Shown: piece after piece, positions 1-11,727 of the stretch
How positions within the stretch are numbered: position 1 is the first letter of the stretch
Layout of the letters: each line of letters opens with the position of its first letter
Assembly (NCBI GenBank): GCA_012862495.1
Contig: BLSG01000380.1
Span: 25,998-65,921, forward strand
Length of the DNA stretch: 39,924 nucleotides
Direction: 5' to 3'
Source of the DNA: Thraustochytrium aureum
Lineage: Eukaryota
The notes under the pieces: generated by a model
Told to the model about the DNA's origin: nothing
What the model saw: only the letters and a program-made list of their open reading frames with translations
Databases searched by the model: none
Position numbers and translations under genes: made by a program

Positions 1-1
1 A

Positions 2-1058
2 AGCTGTTGCGCAGTCCGTCTTGGGCGACGAACTGGTGCTCGTCATGCGAAGCTCAAGGAGCTTGGCGGCGGTGTGTGGGCGCTGCAAGAGGCGCCGGCG
101 GTGAGTGAGCAGCGCCTCGCAAGTTGGCAGACCAAGGCGGGCCACATCCTCCCTCCGGAGGTGGCGCGGCTCTACAGAGTCACGGACGGCATCACAGTGC
201 GCTGGGCCGTGCCGATCAGCGCAAACGTGCGCGATGCAGGGCTCATCTGCATCCACCCTATCGATAAACTTGTTCCTGTCCCAGCACCGACCCGCGGGCT
301 TCCTGCTGGCCGCGCTGCCTTCCTGCTTAGCGCTGTCCGCACGTGTGGCCGCACCGCCCTTGTGCTCGCAGCGCCCAGAGGTGGTGCTGATGCTATCTCG
401 GCGCCGGCCTCAGAGGCAGAGGTTTGGTTCTGCAACTTGGCTGGGCACTGGACTCTGGTGGCACGGTCCTTCGACGATTACCTGCGCCTTGCCCTTGTGC
501 ACTTTGGCGTGCGCGGCTGGGAGTACGCTTTCACGGCAGACGGCCTCGACCCGGTACGTTGGGTCCCTCTCGGCCCAGTCAAGGCACGGTTTGCTGACGG
601 GCGCCTTGCTGCTTCTCGTGCGCCCTGCAGGACGCGGCGCAGTGGCTTCGCCTATTGGCCCCCAGGTAAGGAGCTTAAGTGCCGCTTGCCCACGCCAGCT
701 GCCTGCTCATGCTCGTTTCCTGACGGCCAAGCCTCTGCGGTAGAGACTTGACATCGACACAAAGCGCCGGGTGTTTGCACCGCCGGCTGCCAACGTGCCG
801 TTGGCCCCGCAAAGGCAAAGCGGGCGCCTTGACCTAGCTGCAGTCGACCGCTCCCTCCCAAGAGACCTTCCGCAAGCGCAGCGCAAGCAAGCTTGTGGCA
901 CCCAGCCGCCAGATCTCTCTTCCAACACAACGGGGCCCGTGGGCGAAGGGAACGTATCGCAAGGCCCTGGGGGGGCAAAAAAAAGCGTACAGCATCAAGG
1001 CGTCGCCGCAAATCGTGACAGTGCCGCCCGATGGCCGAGCAGCAGTCAAGCTAGCTAG
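2..1058 (+). CDS. TPGS2: Tubulin polyglutamylase complex subunit 2-like protein (SMI1/KNR4 fold). 5' end is probably outside the window. Exons ~2-553, 631-665, ~744/746-1058.
   Basis: Motifs 'LPPEVARLYRVTDG', 'EVWFCNLAGHW..ARSFDDYLRLALVHFGVRGWEYAFTADGLDP' match TPGS2. Splicing out 554-630 gives 'GLDP|DAAQWLRLLAP', the expected conserved continuation. Confidence 0.8.
554..630 (+). other. Spliceosomal intron 1 of the TPGS2-like gene (77 nt, phase 0)
   Basis: GTACGT donor at 554, branch-like GCTGAC at 593-598, pyrimidine tract, TGCAG acceptor ending 630. Removal restores the family motif. Confidence 0.8.
666..745 (+). other. Spliceosomal intron 2 of the TPGS2-like gene (acceptor at 743 or 745)
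   Basis: AG|GTAAGG donor at 666, CCTGAC at 719-724, TAGAG at 741-745. The 745 acceptor joins in frame to 'RLDIDTKRRVFAPP' (frame of ORF 771..1058). Confidence 0.65.
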
Positions 1059-1088
1059 TAGTGTCCGCACTCGGGTAAGCAGTCCGAA

Positions 1089-1188
1089 CGAGTCAAGCCA
1101 TCGGCGAGTCAAGCCATCGGTTCTCCGTTTTTGAGTGTTTTTCCTTCTGATTGAGTTGAACAAACCAAGTCATCGTTCTCCGTTTTTG
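1089..1188. repeat. Short direct repeats between the converging 3' ends of TPGS2 and GDH
   Basis: CGAGTCAAGCCATCGG x2 (1089-1104, 1105-1120). CATCG(G)TTCTCCGTTTTTG occurs at ~1115-1133 and 1171-1188. Confidence 0.8.
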
Positions 1189-1251
1189 CTTTGTTTTTCC
1201 TTATCAATTGAGAAAACCCAGCACACCGCCGGCCAAGCACGACAAGCGCGG

Positions 1252-3036
<1,785 letters not shown>

Positions 3037-3769
3037 CGCGCTTGGCTGTGCTTGAGCGCCTTTGGCGGTGCTTGGTCGAGCTTCGCTGTGCTTGGTCGCG
3101 CTTGGACTTGCTTCTCGTGGCGATTCTCGCTTACCGTGCTCTAGACTTGTGATGGTGTTGCGGGTCTGCCTCGGGCTCGCTCGCAGGCTGTGGTCGGCAG
3201 GCGCTCGCTGGTGAAGGGCCAACCAGCACCTGCGAGAAGATGCGTTTGCTCAGGGAGCAGCCTGGCAGTTTCGCGTGTATCTCGCCCAGTCTTTATGGGT
3301 TAATGTAACTACTTTGGCGCGCTGTTGCGCCGTCCGAGTCGCGAGTCGTGCTCATCGCCCTGTTGTGGCAGATCGAACAGTGCAAATCCAACACTGAACG
3401 AGGAGCCGCAGCAGGGCAGACCCGATGAAGCGCAGGCAGCTGCAGGCAGCTAGGCAAGCAGCCAGGACTCGCAAGCCATGAAGCGCTGCCAGTGCAGCAT
3501 GCCTGTGCACATGCATGCACGCACGATGGAGAAGCAGGCACCGTCCGAAAGGAACGGCTTTCGCCGCCTTTCGCGGCAGCAGGACCACTAAACTCCAGAC
3601 CGGCCAACCCGACAGTTCCCGCTATCGTGTTCCTGGCGTTGCTCGCAGCACGAACAGGAGCGCCGAAATTCAATACAACATCAACGCGGTTTACGTCCTA
3701 TCATGGACGGTCAATTGAATGAAGAAGGTTTCGCCGACGCTGAAACTCCCTGCTTCGGAACCACCTCGT

Positions 3770-3878
3770 GGATTCGCCGAGGGGACAGCCGCCCGTCACC
3801 TTGAGCCCCCGCGCCCCGGGGTTACCTGAAGGATACGCCGAGGGGACAGCCCCCACCTTGAACCCCGGCCTGCCGGGC
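3770..3878. repeat. Two-copy ~61-nt imperfect tandem repeat
   Basis: GGAT(T/A)CGCCGAGGGGACAGCC at 3770-3790 and 3831-3851, each followed by CACCTTGA(G/A)CCCC. Confidence 0.75.
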
Positions 3879-4630
3879 ATTCTTTGGCCGAACGGGGATA
3901 CATCAAAGTGCATTCGGAGGAGGGACAGAGGGCGGCTCGCTCTCTGGCGTCGTTGTCCTACGAGGGACGCCTGTGTCACCTGTGACATGCGCGACATGCA
4001 TTGNNNNNNNNNNNNNNNNNNNNNNNNNNNNNNNNNNNNNNNNNNNNNNNNNNNNNNNNNNNNNNNNNNNNNNNNNNNNNNNNNNNNNNNNNNNNNNNNN
4101 NNNNNNNNNNNNNNNNNNNNNNNNNNNNNNNNNNNNNNNNNNNNNNNNNNNNNNNNNNNNNNNNNNNNNNNNNNNNNNNNNNNNNNNNNNNNNNNNNNNN
4201 NNNNNNNNNNNNNNNNNNNNNNNNNNNNNNNNNNNNNNNNNNNNNNNNNNNNNNNNNNNNNNNNNNNNNNNNNNNNNNNNNNNNNNNNNNNNNNNNNNNN
4301 NNNNNNNNNNNNNNNNNNNNNNNNNNNNNNNNNNNNNNNNNNNNNNNNNNNNNNNNNNNNNNNNNNNNNNNNNNNNNNNNNNNNNNNNNNNNNNNNNNNN
4401 NNNNNNNNNNNNNNNNNNNNNNNNNNNNNNNNNNNNNNNNNNNNNNNNNNNNNNNNNNNNNNNNNNNNNNNNNNNNNNNNNNNNNNNNNNNNNNNNNNNN
4501 NNNNNNNNNNNNNNNNNNNNNNNNNNNNNNNNNNNNNNNNNCCACCAACGTTCTGATTCACAGCCGCCTCCTGTGTTTCTTCTCGTCCACTTTTGAACGT
4601 GCGACCGGGTTGATCGATCGACGAGTAGGC

Positions 4631-5175
4631 CTAGGTACCTGCTTGTGAGCAGACCCCGTTCAACGGCGCTTCCGGCAGAGACAGCGAGTTGTCCCCGTCG
4701 CGAAACTTGGCACACGGGCCACGCAATGTCGCCCACCTCGCAGCTTGCCGGCCCGAAGCGGCGGCGTGGCTGGCGCGGACGCCGGCAAGAACGTCTTGGA
4801 GGCGAGCAAACTGCGCGTCCAACTGGAGGGCGTGCTCTTCTCGCAAGGTCGCTCGGCAAACCCCGCAACACGCACAGCAGAGCCAGCGGAACACAGCCCG
4901 CTCGCCTTGAGAAGCGACGAGCACTGCGAGGAGGTGGTTTCCTCGTCGGCGCTCGCGGCCCTCGGCTTATCGTCTGGGCGGCGTTCCAGCGCGCCTAGCC
5001 GGGCCGCTCGCGGACACGAGCGCACCTTGTACTTAGCGAGAGCCAGCGAGGCCTTGCTGTTTTGACCGCTCAGGCGGGGGGCCGGTTGGGTCGTCGGCGA
5101 GCTCACGAGACCGCGCTCGTGCCAAGGGGGTGGCGCCGCCGCTCCTCGGACTCGGCGCTCCCTTTGATTCTCCAT
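4631..5175 (-). CDS. Possible frameshifted hypothetical protein
   Basis: ATG at 5175 ('MENQRERR...') and a heptad-like stretch 'TLREEHALQLDAQFARLQDVLAG' in another frame. No recognisable family. Confidence 0.3.
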
Positions 5176-5886
5176 CGATCTACATACCGCCAAATTGATT
5201 TTGTTCTGATTGATTGAACGAGTTCTCATCTGCCCAGGCCCTCCGGTCGAGTCGTCATTCTCCACGGGGCTACAGAGCTGCAGCACCACAACGCAGCTCA
5301 GCAGCAGCCCAACAGGGCCGAGCCCGCGGTTGAGCTGCGCGAGCGCGAGAATCGACTTTAGACCTTCGGCAGCGCCCATCCCCCGGCCACGGCAAGCGGT
5401 GGTGAACATGCTGCAACTTGCGAACTCGCGTGGATGAAACATCGTCGCCGAACTCGTCGACCTCCCCGGCGGGTCGACAACCAGAAGAAGATGGCCCAGG
5501 CCACTTCAGCGAGCCAGCAAACCAACAGCCGGCTTGCCAATGCCACCAGGAGGCAGGCACCGACCTCGCCTCGTGATTGATTGATTGAAAGTCAAGCAAG
5601 GTTGCTGCATCGGCGCCCTCGAGGGGAAAAAAGCCACTCAGGTTGCTGCACTGAGGATACTTGGAGGGCGGCCCGCAACTGACAACGGATGCCACCCCCA
5701 CACACAAATCGACACTGGCAACTTGGCATCCCATTGTGGACGGACGGGAAAGAGTGGCGCGAGCGGCCGCGCGAAGCGAGCGCGCAAGAACAACCGCAAC
5801 CGCAGGCTCTCTTCCGGCGCGACCAGGACAGCCCGCCCACGCACGCGCGGGAATACTCGGCCGTGGAGCGGAGGCGGCAAGAGCCA

Positions 5887-5956
5887 GCGTCTCGATTTGG
5901 TGGCCTTTGCCTAGCCCAAGCGTCGGCGTCTCGATTGGTGGCCTTTGCCTAGCCCA
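5887..5956. repeat. 31/32-nt direct repeat upstream of the putative transcription factor gene
   Basis: GCGTCTCGAT(T)TGGTGGCCTTTGCCTAGCCCA at 5887-5918 and 5926-5956. Confidence 0.9.
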
Positions 5957-6131
5957 CGCGTCGCTCCAGCGCTGCAGCGCCGCAGGCAGGGCTTGCGACT
6001 GGCTCCTCAAGCCTCCCGCATCCTCGTGCCGCCCGCAGACGCCCTTCTGGACCGCGGCTGCGTTCCTCCGGCCACGGGCGACTGACCGGCTCGTGTCAGC
6101 TCGAGGAGCGGCACTCGTGCAGACTCGCACG

Positions 6132-8366
6132 ATGAAGCGATCAACAAAGAGCGATGATAAAAGCCCCGACGACAGCGAAAACAAAGCCAAGCGAGCGAAA
6201 AAGAAGGACACCAAGGCCGGGGCAGGCTTTGATACGCGCTGGCGCTTCAAGGTCGAACCGCAGCCGCCAAAGTTCCCCTTCAAGGGCGAGTTCTTCGAGC
6301 TAAACGTGTACCTCGTCGACCAGGACGGTGTCCTCAAGGCCAATTATGTGGTCCCCATCACCCTCGACCTGTTCGTGGAGGGCGAGAGTGTGCCAGTGTG
6401 CAACACCGGCGAAGGCCAGGGCTCGAGCTCGATCGAGATCGACCCCAACACCCCGCCAGTGATCGACAAGTCGGGCTGCGCCAAGATCCGCGTCAAGGTC
6501 TGCGAGCTGAGCATGAACCGAAACAACCGCAAGTTTTGCTTCGTCGTCAAGCGCCAGGCGGGCCCGCGCGGCGACTTGCCCCGGGAAGTCAACCCCGTCA
6601 TGACCCGCGCAATGCTCGTCATCAACGCGCAAATCAAAATCACAAACGCACTCCCCGAGGTGTGGTACAAGGACCAGGGCGGTCGCGACAAGTGCCTCGA
6701 CCTCGACCTCGAGCTGCACGGCCCGCATGGCGTCGTCGTCGGCCAAGAGGTGCCCGTGCGCTGCGCACTCCTCTACGAAGACTACCAGATGGCAATCAAC
6801 CAGGAAGTCCTGCAGCCAAGCCCAAACACGCTCATGGCAATTGACAAGAGCGGCCGCTCCAAGATCCGCGTCCGCATCGAGGACGTCAGCAAAAACCACC
6901 AGTCCAAGAACTTTCGCATCAGAGTCGAGCCGGACACCAGCAAGACGCCCATTCACTTTGACAAGTCGCCCGATATCTCGACCCCCGTTTTGGTTCGGTC
7001 CAAGCTGAATCGGCGCCAAAAGCTAAAGCTCGCAATGCAGCCGCAGGAAGAACTCAAGGGCGAAGAGGCCGTCGCAGTTGCTGCGATCAAGGCGGCACAG
7101 GCTCGCCGCGCCGCCGAATCAAACGGGTCAGGGGCAGCGGCGTCCGGCACTGTCCCGCCGGGAGCGGGGGCTTTCGCGGCCGCCGCAGCCGCAGCGCCCC
7201 CTGTCATTCAGCAGCAGGTCAACGACTTTACACAGTTTGCCCCAGAGGTGGCCACAGCGCTCTGGTGTTACTCGGCCCGCAACACGATGGCGACGTTTTG
7301 CGCAGTGATGAGCCAGTTTGTCCATAGCTTTGACATCCAGATCCTCCCCACCGTCAAACGTACGCTCGACCAGCACGGCGGCTTTGAAGCTTTGTGCGAG
7401 CAAGCGATGCGCAACGGGGAGCAAAACTCTTTGGCAAGCCGCCCTTCTGTGATGGCTCCGAACGGTCCCACCGGCTCCCTTGGCGGCTCCTCGCAGTTCA
7501 TGGGCAACGCGCACATGATGGACATGCCGCATCACAGCGTCCAGTCCAGGCACACCGTCTCGCTTCTACCAACGCACTCGGTCGACTCGATACACAGCAG
7601 CATGCCGCAAGAAGAGGAGGCTCGGCCGAGGCGGAGCCAGCGCAATTCGACGCGACAGGCGCAGCGCTCGATCGTCTCACCCAAGTCGGAGGAGCGAATC
7701 CCCCGGCCACCAGAGGACGAGGGCAGCGAGGGCCAGCTCCCGTCCCATTCAATCAACATTCCCCCGCTCGACCGCGGCATGTCCACTTCGAGCCAGGGCT
7801 TGTACCAGCTGATGCGGGGGACCACGCAGCTTCTCCGCGGAATCTCTGGCACGTTCGGCGGGACGATGCCAAGCCCGAGCCTGCGGGGCTCAAGTGGGGC
7901 TGAAAGCTTCATGGCAGCGCCAGAGTTTACTCGCGAGTTCTCCGTGCTGTCGCTGCCGGGGGGGCCAGAGATCGGCGTCTCGCGCATGCACTCGTTAGCG
8001 CCCATGCAAGACGACGACGTATTAGGCTTGAGTAGCTCTACGAGGCGCTACCGCAGCTCGGGCTCGCGAGGCGTCGCCTTCTTGCTCAAGAGCCTGTACA
8101 AAACCAACGACGTCATCAAAGGGCTCCCTGGCTTTGACAAGGACAAGCGCCTCGTCGGGTTTTACTGCCAAGCAAAGGACTCGGCCATCACCTTCACCTC
8201 GGCAGACATTGCCTTCCAGGACCAGCCGCAGACCATGTCGGCGCACGTGCGCAATTGCGAGGAAAAGTTCGCCTCGCTCGCCGCTGAGGGCTCGTCGCTT
8301 GTCTACCCGGTCAACAGCACCGAGGACGGGTACAACGCGGCCACCAGCTTTTTCCGCGAAATCTGA
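6132..8366 (+). CDS. 744-aa putative transcription factor with two tandem beta-sandwich (CudA/p53-STAT-like) domains
   Basis: Uninterrupted ORF from ATG 6132. Basic NLS-like 'KAKRAKKK'. Internal 126-aa repeat (IDKSG.xKIRV). Motifs 'VWYKDQGGRDKC', 'IRVRIEDVSKNHQ', 'PVLVRSK'. Ala/Gln/Ser/Met-rich C-terminal half. The CDS is secure; the fold assignment is from memory. Confidence 0.7.
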   Translation: MKRSTKSDDKSPDDSENKAKRAKKKDTKAGAGFDTRWRFKVEPQPPKFPFKGEFFELNVYLVDQDGVLKANYVVPITLDLFVEGESVPVCNTGEGQGSSSIEIDPNTPPVIDKSGCAKIRVKVCELSMNRNNRKFCFVVKRQAGPRGDLPREVNPVMTRAMLVINAQIKITNALPEVWYKDQGGRDKCLDLDLELHGPHGVVVGQEVPVRCALLYEDYQMAINQEVLQPSPNTLMAIDKSGRSKIRVRIEDVSKNHQSKNFRIRVEPDTSKTPIHFDKSPDISTPVLVRSKLNRRQKLKLAMQPQEELKGEEAVAVAAIKAAQARRAAESNGSGAAASGTVPPGAGAFAAAAAAAPPVIQQQVNDFTQFAPEVATALWCYSARNTMATFCAVMSQFVHSFDIQILPTVKRTLDQHGGFEALCEQAMRNGEQNSLASRPSVMAPNGPTGSLGGSSQFMGNAHMMDMPHHSVQSRHTVSLLPTHSVDSIHSSMPQEEEARPRRSQRNSTRQAQRSIVSPKSEERIPRPPEDEGSEGQLPSHSINIPPLDRGMSTSSQGLYQLMRGTTQLLRGISGTFGGTMPSPSLRGSSGAESFMAAPEFTREFSVLSLPGGPEIGVSRMHSLAPMQDDDVLGLSSSTRRYRSSGSRGVAFLLKSLYKTNDVIKGLPGFDKDKRLVGFYCQAKDSAITFTSADIAFQDQPQTMSAHVRNCEEKFASLAAEGSSLVYPVNSTEDGYNAATSFFREI

Positions 8367-8773
8367 ACGATGATGCGCTGGCCCGCGTCCTCGTGGGTTG
8401 GCCACCCCGCGCCCCACTTCTCGATCCATTACTACNNNNNNNNNNNNNNNNNNNNNNNNNNNNNNNNNNNNNNNNNNNNNNNNNNNNNNNNNNNNNNNNN
8501 NNNNNNNNNNNNNNNNNNNNNNNNNNNNNNNNNNNNNNNNTTTGCCCGCTGCCGTCGCGCTTCGTCGCCCGTGTCCTGCCTGCCCCGAGTCCGCACAGTC
8601 CTTTCCACTTGCTGGCCACCAAGGCCGCGGCGCTTGCCCAGCGCAGGCAGGCAAGCAGGCAGGCAGGCAGGCAGCTCGCGCTTGGGCCCGCCTGTGCCGC
8701 GCCCGGCAGCACCGCTTGCCACGGCTTTGCAGCGGCATGCGCGCAGCTGCGACCGGGCGCGGCGACTTGGACA

Positions 8774-9718
8774 ATGCTCCCAACCGGCGAGCCCGTGCGC
8801 GACACAGGAATGGCGCAGCAGGACGAGGCCGCGGCGGTCCTGGAGGATAGCGCTGCGGACCAGGTTGGACGACTCACCGTGAGCGACCTCGGCAAGGGCC
8901 AGCGCTGCACGCGAGCGGCCGGGGCACAACCGCGCTGACGGAGGAGACGCTCTCCAAGTGCGCTGACCAGCTTGCCTCGCTCGAGTTGCTTGCCGATAGC
9001 CTCCGCAGCGGGTCCAACTGGAACGCTGCGGTCGCCAAGCAGCAGGCAGCGACCTCGAGCGAGCGAAGGTGCCAGGATCTCGAGGCCGTTGGCAGACCTG
9101 GAGCGACTCGTGACGAGGCTGCGGCACGAAAAGGAGGACGTCGAGCGCGTTGCTCGCCTGCGCGACAAGGACGCGGCCATCATCGAAGAAAACGCCGTCG
9201 CCGCGACCGTGGCAGCGTCCACAAAGGCTAGGGCAGAGGCTTGCGCCCGTGCAGCTGCGGAGGCGGAGAACGGCCGGCTACGAGCTGAGCTCGACCGTCA
9301 CCGAGATGCGGTTGCGCAACTCGGTGTGGCCCTCCGCGCTCGAGACGCGCAGGACGCGCAGGTCAAGCTTGACTTGGCTGCAGAGCTGGAGCGCGAGCGC
9401 CACGAGCGCATGGACGCAGAGGAACGGCTCGAAGCGCTGGAGGCTCGCATCGGAACGGACGAGGACGTCTCCAAGCTGAAGCGCATTGTGTCGCGGCTAC
9501 GCGACAAAGTGCGGGATCTGGAGGCCAAGGTTGCGCTCGGCGAGCGCGCCGCTGAGGACAACCGCAAGCTGCGCGAGAACGCCAAGCGCATGCGCGAGCT
9601 GCTGCGGTCGTTCACAAAGCAAGGCGCCCTGGTTGATAGGGCGCGATCAGTTTTGCGCGCCTCGGCGGGGGCCGAGCGTGGGCCAAATGCAGAAAGCGAC
9701 GTCTCTTCGTTGGTGTGA
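8774..9718 (+). CDS. Hypothetical coiled-coil protein with about two frameshifts
   Basis: Three overlapping frames join: 'MLPTGEPVRD..TVSDLG', 'TEETLSKCADQLASLELL..RCQDLE' and 'ADLERLVTRLRHEKE..LEAKV', with strong heptad composition. Confidence 0.65.
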
Positions 9719-9912
9719 CAATCCTGAGCAGCGGTTCTGCTGTCGAGGTTTACACGACCTGAGAACCCCTGGTTGCTCAGGACTCTCTCTAGCTAGCTAG
9801 AGCTAGGGTCGCGCTCGTGGATCGGATCAGAATTGTGCACCTCGACGGGGGTCGAGGGCGGGCCGATTCTTGGTTTAATGCAATGCACCCCCTCGTCGGC
9901 TTGCCGCGCCTC

Positions 9913-10784
9913 CTACTCGCGCACCATGATAAAGTCCCCAAAGCTTGGCGAGTCGCTCTGCACCGTGTCAAGAAGCGACAGCAGTCGCTCACCGTCTCTG
10001 TAGCGCAAGAGGACTGCCGGGATGTGAATGGTGCGCCACATCGACTGCAAGTCGCTCGACGCGAAACCGACAGAGATTTTGTCTGCCGGCCGAGTGCCCA
10101 GCCTCCCGCAGGCAAAGTCGTCCGTGCACCCCTTGCTCCTTCCGATCGATGATCAGCACCGCCGAAGCCCCCGCGTCTTGCAGCCTGGCGACTTTCGTGT
10201 GCACTGGTACGCCCTTGCACCTGAACACAATAGCAAGAGATCCGCGCACCTGGTGTTTGTTCACAATTGCCTCGGAGGCATCGTTTGGGATCGCTATCGA
10301 GAACCGACCATCGACGTGGTATTTCAGCGGGCCGTAGTGCGAGCCCCAAACGTCAAAGAAAGACCCGGTCTGGTGCGCATCGAGGCAGTCGATGCAAACG
10401 GTAAGACCTTCTCCAAAAAAGGAGCGAACCGTGCACGCCGGGAATATAGCAGCTACTGGTGTCGTTTGCCTCCGCGTCGCGACAGACGACCTCGTTTGCA
10501 ACCAGGGCGCGCCTGTCCGCGTTTCGCTCGTCCTCCGTCCGCGACTCGTGCTTCTGTCTCAGCTTGTACGCGTCGTGCTCTTCCACGGAGCCCCCGCTCG
10601 GTATGTAGTCAACGGGTCGCAAAGGCAATAGCTCGCGATGGATCGACGAAGCCGGAAGGCCGCAGAGCGCCTCCTCGCACGCTGCGCCCATCGTCCTGTC
10701 TTCCCGCTCGGCGAACGCCGTCGCGAGCACGGCAGCCCAAACGGCGCCGGCCGCAGCCCGCCGTAGCCAGCTCGAGCCCATCAT
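9913..10784 (-). CDS. Secreted PA (protease-associated) domain protein with two frameshifts (~10430, ~10130)
   Basis: Signal-like N-terminus 'MMGSSWLRRAAAGAVWAAVLATAFA'. PA core 'VRGSLAIVFRCKGVPVHTKVARLQDAGASAVLIID'. After removing one G, 'GCTDDFACGRLG...WRTIHIPAVLLRYRDGERLLSLL', stop at 9913. Confidence 0.8.
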
Positions 10785-11215
10785 CAAGCGCCAAGGCCCC
10801 GAGGCCGTGCGTTCCCCCAGCTCCGCCCCCCCTCCCCAACAAAAAAAACGTGTGCCTCGTCAGCCTGAACGCCACGATCGCGTCAGTCTACTGCGTGGCC
10901 CTCAGCAGCTCGTCTCCGTCGGCGGCCTCCGCACTTCGCTGGTCGTCATGAACGAACGATGCGGCATCCATCCTGGCGCATTCCTGCATACACTTCGCTC
11001 CCGTAACAGGCCCACCGGACACTTTAAGGACCATCTGGTCCCACTTGGCGCGTCCAAGTAACACATTTCGAGGAAGTTGGGCTTTAAGGATGTTGGAACG
11101 GACAGAAATGTGCGCTTGGGTTTGGTGATGTTTTCCTGGATGGCAGTGCACGACGCCCGCATGCGCCCCGCGACGCGTTGCAGAGGCCAGGCAGTGAAAG
11201 GAGCTGCTCGTCTAT

Positions 11216-11281
11216 CGCACTCGTGACCCGAGAGGCGTTGCACCGAACCGCACTCGTGACCCGAGAGGCATTGCACCGAAC
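11216..11281. repeat. 33-nt tandem repeat x2
   Basis: CGCACTCGTGACCCGAGAGGC(G/A)TTGCACCGAAC at 11216-11248 and 11249-11281. Confidence 0.95.
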
Positions 11282-11727
11282 CGCGCTCTGGAGTCTGAAC
11301 GCGAACACGCGTTCGCGTCCAGCCGTCCTCGGCGTCGCTAGACCCCAGACGAGACGAGACTGCAGTGGCTCGGTTTGGACGCGATACACATTCAGCGGGA
11401 GCCCAGGCGCGCTTGGCAACGAGGCGCGTTGCAGCGGCCCGGCAGTGGAAGAAGCTACTCACCGGTTGCGCTCGTGGCCCGAAAGCCATTCTGCTTGGCG
11501 CCGCGACGGCCTGCAGCGGCGCGGAAAGTGGGTATCTCGCGAGTCGCAAGTGGCTTTGCAACAGGTCGGCGGGGAGGTCGCTCACTAGCGCTCTCTCCAG
11601 TAGGGGACGCGTATGACAGGATCGGCCTGGGCGTAGAAAACCACACAAGACAGAGACACAGAATCGCTCGCACGCTGCCACGCCCGCCTCGCGTTGGTTC
11701 GAACGCGGTGCTCTGCACTCTCACGCG

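Noticed and set aside
2..553. SMI1/KNR4 domain as a bacterial immunity gene or horizontal transfer
   Set aside because: Specific TPGS2 motifs and spliceosomal introns indicate the native eukaryotic gene.
3701..4871. Long ORFs made mostly of X, and similar ORFs at the other gaps
   Set aside because: Artefacts of translating through N runs.
5661..6131. N-terminal 157 codons of the 901-aa ORF
   Set aside because: TTG start, and the stretch includes the upstream direct repeat. ATG 6132 is the more plausible start.
9787..9802. 16-bp perfect palindrome CTCTAGCTAGCTAGAG between converging genes
   Set aside because: Explained by a self-complementary (CTAG)n microsatellite. No evidence of function.
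5887..11281. Direct repeats of 31-33 nt as a possible CRISPR array
   Set aside because: Only two copies each, with 0-7 nt between them, no unique spacers, no cas genes, and a eukaryotic context.
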